From an uncultured delta proteobacterium (GTDB taxonomy: Bacteria > Myxococcota_A > Polyangia > Polyangiales > Polyangiaceae): a DNA stretch of 64,000 nt. Where the stretch lies: NCBI GenBank assembly GCA_963850305.1, contig CAWKKR010000005.1, positions 335,641 through 399,640 on the forward strand, given 5' to 3'. How positions within the stretch are numbered: the stretch's first letter is position 1; every line of letters begins with the position of its first letter. Position numbers and translations under genes: made by a program. A model generated the notes under the pieces. It was given only the letters and a program-made list of their open reading frames with translations, made no database searches and was not told the DNA's origin. Below, in pieces: positions 59,889 to 64,000 of the stretch.

Positions 59889-60138
59889 GTGCGCCGTGAG
59901 CGCGTCCAGGTGGTCCGGAGCGAGCGATGACGCCGCAGAACCTGGGGGGCGCGAATCCCCTCCGACCAGGCCGAGCCGGGTCACCGCGGCTCCGTGCGTC
60001 CGAGCGCAGGAAGCGCCGTAGAGCCTGCCGTTCCCTCGCGGGTGCTGTCTCGGCCTCCTCGCGGCCCTGGCCTCCGAGGTTTCCGTTGACCATGGCGCTC
60101 GGCGGGCGTGTACTTCCGGATCAACGCAGGGGTTTTCC

Positions 60139-61140
60139 GTGCAGATGATTGTCCGGCGCATCGTCGTGCCAGGAGTTCTCCTGGCCGCTCTCTCGTTCAC
60201 CGGCAACGTTGCCGCCCAGGCCGCAACGAGCAGCGCGGAGGCCGAGGCCCTCTTCGATGCGGGCCGTGCTGCCCTCGATCGGAAAGATTATGCCACCGCC
60301 TGCGAGCGGTTCGCCGGGTCGAACAAGCTGGAGCCCGCGGTCGGGACCGTGTTGAACCTCGCCTACTGCAATGAAATGCAGGGCAAGCTCGCCACGGCGT
60401 GGGCGAACTATCGTGAGGCGCTCTACAAGCTGCCCCCGGGAGACTCGCGGGCCGCCACGGCCCAGACCCGGCTCGATGCGCTCCAGCCGAGGCTCGCCTA
60501 CCTGACACTGCGGGCAGTCGGGCTGACGAAGGAGTCCACCGTGCTGCTCGATGGCGTGACGATCCCGGTCGAGGCCCTCGGTGTCCCGGTGCCGATCGAT
60601 CCGGGTCCGCACGAGGTGATCGTTCGCTCCCCAGGTCGGCAGACGGAGACCTTCGACACGACCGTGAAGGACGCCGAGAAGGCCGAGCTTGCCGTATCAC
60701 CCGGGGACTCGAACCAAGCCGCATCCTCGGCACCGATTCCGCAAGCTCCTGCTGCGACGCTCCCAAAGCCACTGGAGCAGCCAACGCCGCCGCCCGTCGA
60801 ACACGATCAAGGCAGCTCGTCCACCCTTGGCTACGTCCTCGGAGGCGTCGGCCTCGCTTCTCTGGCCACGAGCTTGGTCACAGGGCTCATGGCCCTCGGC
60901 AAGAACTCGAGCGTGAATGACCACTGCCAGGCTGCCCCCTCTGGCCCAGCACGGCTCTGCGATTCGGAGGGATTCTCCGCGGCTGCCTCGGGCAAGACGC
61001 TGGCCCTCGTGTCCGACGTCACGCTGGGCGTCGGAGTCGTGGGACTCGGGCTCGGGACGTACCTCGTTCTCACCGCGGGGGGCAGCACGAGCCGTGAAGG
61101 GCCGGCGCAGGGCTCCGTGAGCTTCACGGGGACGTTCTGA
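60139..61140 (+). CDS. TPR plus PEGA-like exported protein
   Basis: AEALFDAGR..AC.RF..S..LEP..GT.LNLA.C; PIDPGPH; hydrophobic segments, terminal GTF. Confidence 0.85.
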   Translation: MQMIVRRIVVPGVLLAALSFTGNVAAQAATSSAEAEALFDAGRAALDRKDYATACERFAGSNKLEPAVGTVLNLAYCNEMQGKLATAWANYREALYKLPPGDSRAATAQTRLDALQPRLAYLTLRAVGLTKESTVLLDGVTIPVEALGVPVPIDPGPHEVIVRSPGRQTETFDTTVKDAEKAELAVSPGDSNQAASSAPIPQAPAATLPKPLEQPTPPPVEHDQGSSSTLGYVLGGVGLASLATSLVTGLMALGKNSSVNDHCQAAPSGPARLCDSEGFSAAASGKTLALVSDVTLGVGVVGLGLGTYLVLTAGGSTSREGPAQGSVSFTGTF

Positions 61141-62584
61141 TGTTCAAGCTCGCGGTAACGACGTGGATCGCCGCCGTCGCGTTCACGACGGCCTGCACGG
61201 CGTTCGTGGACTTCAGCAACCTGGAAGCGAGGGGCTCGGACGCTGGAACCGGGGGAACACGTGCTGCGGATGCCGGCTCGGGCGGCGGAGTGTCGAGCGG
61301 GAGCGGCGGGTCGGGGGGGTTGGGCGGAGGCACCGGCGCGGGCGGCTCGTCGGGATTGGGTGGCGTGATTGGGGCCGGCGGGACGATCGGTTCGGGAGGC
61401 GCCGAGGGCAGCTCCGGCTCTGGCTCTGGCGGAACGAGTGGCGCGACGGCAACCGGTGGCGCGGCGGGGTGCGCGACTCACACCCTGCCTCCATCGGTCA
61501 ACGTCGATGCATCGCAGTGGACGGCGGAGTTCCTCACGGCGCCCACGTGGAATTGCAACGCGAGCGGGACGACGACGATCGACTCCAATGCGGGCACGAT
61601 AACGAGCACGAGCTGCGCCCTCGGCACGGTCGATTTACGAACGGCGTTACTCAACTCGACGCGAGCGGGCCGAGCGTCATGGTCGTTCGTCTACAAGGAC
61701 TCACCGTGACGAACGGCCACGTGATCCAGCTGACGGGCGACAAGCCAATCGTCTTCCTCGTAGCGGGTGATGTCGTCGTCGACACGGGCGGCAGGATCGA
61801 CGCGAGCGCGAATGGCACCGCAGCGGGGCCCGGAGGTAGCGACTCGACACGATGCACCGGCTCGACCGGCACGCCCTCTTCAGAGACGGGCATTGGCGGC
61901 GGCGGTGGAGGTTTCGGTACCGCGGGGGGGTACGGCGCCGATCTCACTGGCAGGAGCGGCAGCGCGGGAGGAGCCGTTAGCTCGATAACCAACCTTCAGC
62001 CTCTCCGTGGTGGATGTTCCGGAGGGACCGGGGGAGGGTCCCAAAACTTCACGGGCGGAGGCGGCGGTGGGGCGTTCGAGATCAGCGCGTCTGGAACGAT
62101 CACCATCGGACACTCGGGCGACACCTCGACAACGAGCGGCACGCTGAGTGCCGCTGGCGGTTACTCCCTGGGCGCGCCCAAATATACGCCCAATAGTGGC
62201 AGTGCCGGCGCGGGGAGTGGCGGTGGGATTCTCATCGTGTCACCCGCAACCGCCACGTTCGGCACCAACGGTGCGGCTCGCGCCCACGGCGGGGGGTCCG
62301 GGTCCGGATATGGCACGGACGCGGACCCAGGCGGCAACAACGGGACGAACGGGCATACCGCGGACAACACGGCGGCGGCGGGGGGTGCAGCGCCGAACAG
62401 CTACGGGGCCCCCGGCGTCAAGGGCGGGCTCTGCGCCGGCAACAACTGCTCGATCGCTTCCGCGCCGGGATCAAACGGCGCTGGCGCGGGTGATTCCGGC
62501 ATCGATCACGACGGGTCCGGCGGTGGCGGCGGTGGCGGGCGCGTCGTGGTGATGACCAGCGCGGTCACGGTCGCGTGCGACTGA
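61140..62584 (+). pseudogene. Gly-rich lipoprotein, frameshifted
   Basis: lipobox TTAC in the 61140 frame; continues in the 61163 frame after about 61636 (GGGGGGFGT.GG, LRGGCSGG, GGGGGGRV). Confidence 0.72.
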
Positions 62585-62771
62585 GGAGCAGCGCCCCGAA
62601 CGCGACGCCTCAATTGCCCGGAGCTGCGCAACGACGTGCAGCGCGACGCGACTCGTCGAACAGTCAGGCCCGGGCAGACCTGCCACCTCGACGCCCGCGT
62701 CTCGAGCATCAACGCCTACAGAGCAATCTAGCCCACGGGGTGGCGGCCCGCGTGACTCGTGCACGAGCGCC

Positions 62772-62880
62772 TCAGCGAGGCCCGGCGAGCGTCGTGCTCT
62801 TTCCCAATCCGGACGGAGCGAAGAGGACGGTGACGTAGATGGGACCGTCGAACGTGACGTCGATCGGAGGGAGACGACGG
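62772..62880 (-). pseudogene. fragment resembling an ABC ATPase (ModC-like) N-terminus
   Basis: IDVTF...[16 protein letters not shown]alker A-like motif followed by a stop. Confidence 0.4.
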
Positions 62881-62974
62881 TGACGCGCGAGTCTCCGGAG
62901 GCGGGGCCGTCTTTCGGCAACCGGCCGACAACGCCGCAGAGCGAAACGTCCCGCTCGAGCGGAGGCGTCGTACG

Positions 62975-63250
62975 CGCCCGCGGATTCCGGAAGCTCGACG
63001 TCGTCTCGCAAGCTCGCGCCGAGAGCGAGCCGGGCCACGCCTGGGATCGCCAGGGCCCGCGTGAGCCCGTCGCGCAACGAGAGGCCGAGGCGCGTTTCGG
63101 CGCGAACGATTCCGCGAAGCGGACCGCGGAGTCTTGCTTTTTTCATGAAGGGCTGGAGGCGCGACTCGTACCGGGCGAACGCGACTGTATGTGTCGGACC
63201 GGCCGCGAGCTCGTCGGCGAGGACATAAGCGGCGATGATCGCGAGCGTTC
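62975..63250 (-). pseudogene. C-terminal fragment of an FAD-dependent monooxygenase
   Basis: [13 protein letters not shown]...[12 protein letters not shown]...[16 protein letters not shown]-terminus missing. Confidence 0.6.
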
Positions 63251-63448
63251 TTTTAAATCTGCTACTCCGGTCAGCGTGACCAGAGTCGAGACATCGAGCG
63301 CCCGGAGGCGTCCGGGGATGGGCGTGAAGCCGCGCCACCGTGTCGGAGGCCAGGAGAAGCAAAGCCGTCCCCTTCGTCGACCCGCCGCTCCCCCGCCGTC
63401 CACGACGGCCCCGGGCCGTCAAGGACGGGGATTTTCGGTACATTTTGA

Positions 63449-64000
63449 GAAGAGCGGCACGTCACCGGCTGGGACGATCCCCGCATGCCGACCCTCGCCG
63501 GACTCCGCCGCCGCGGCTTTACGGCTGAAGCCATCCGCTCGTTCTGTGACCGCATCGGTGTCGCCCGGAAGGACGGGGTCGTGGACGTGGCGCTCCTCGA
63601 GTTCGAGCTCCGCGAGGACCTCAACAGGCGTTCGCCACGAGCGATGGCCGTGCTCAGGCCGCTCCGGCTGGTCATCGAAAACTTTCCCGAGGGAGAGGTC
63701 GAGTGGTTCGAGGCGTCGAATCATCCGGAGTTTCCAGATCGAGGTTCGAGGAAGATCCCGTTTTCCAGGGTCGTCTATGTCGAGGAAGACGATTTTCCGA
63801 GAGGCGCCGCCGAAGGGGTGGTTTCGCCTCGCCCCGGGTGCCGAGGTCAGGCTGCGGTCCGCGTGCCTCGTGCGGTGCCGCGAAGTCGTGAAGGATGAAG
63901 CTGGCCACGTCGTCGAGCTCCGGTGCACCTGGGACCCCGACTCGCGCGGAGGCATGCCGAAGGATGGACGCAAGGTAAAGGGGACGATTCACTGGGTCTC
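63449..64000 (+). pseudogene. glnS: 5'-truncated glutaminyl-tRNA synthetase (runs off the window)
   Basis: [49 protein letters not shown]; in-frame TGA at 63446, no HIGH half, frameshift near 63796. Confidence 0.85.

Noticed and set aside
59714..59899. 61-aa ORF as a real second FGE gene
   Set aside because: It is only the translation of the TR-like repeat and lacks the rest of the domain.
59890..60140. DGR reverse transcriptase gene or remnant
   Set aside because: Only about 250 bp separate the TR from the next gene, and no RT motif is recognisable in the provided frames.

Overview
High-GC (visually about 65-70%) bacterial DNA, most likely Myxococcota/Polyangiaceae-like, judged from TIGR04552- and DUF507-like genes, many Gly/Cys-rich lipoproteins and Ser/Thr kinases. 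Bases 1-48.7 kb are ordinary chromosome: proA-rsfS-rlmH, tolC-ccmC-ccmD-tatB-tatC, a DEAD-box helicase, an L,D-transpeptidase, panD, a yicC-gmk-mtnP-pfkB cluster, DUF4266/DUF3570, tRNA-Leu(CAG), an acyl-CoA dehydrogenase, dinB, an XPB-like helicase plus DUF790, GH44 and TMEM175, with palindromic REP-like arrays between genes. From 48.7 kb the window is accessory DNA. Two 3' fragments of tRNA-Phe (att-like sites) bracket a small toxin-antitoxin islet. A tyrosine integrase and excisionase-like gene follow, then repeated kinase / PEGA-TPR / lipoprotein modules. The main observation is a diversity-generating retroelement (DGR) cassette in that region: an FGE/C-type-lectin-fold lipoprotein target with a variable repeat (58978-59106), an Avd gene and a template-repeat-like copy (59760-59888). 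No reverse transcriptase is present, and the template copy itself appears adenine-mutagenised. The right end holds frameshifted genes and gene fragments, including a 5'-truncated glnS. All family assignments come from motif recognition by eye; no database searches were run.
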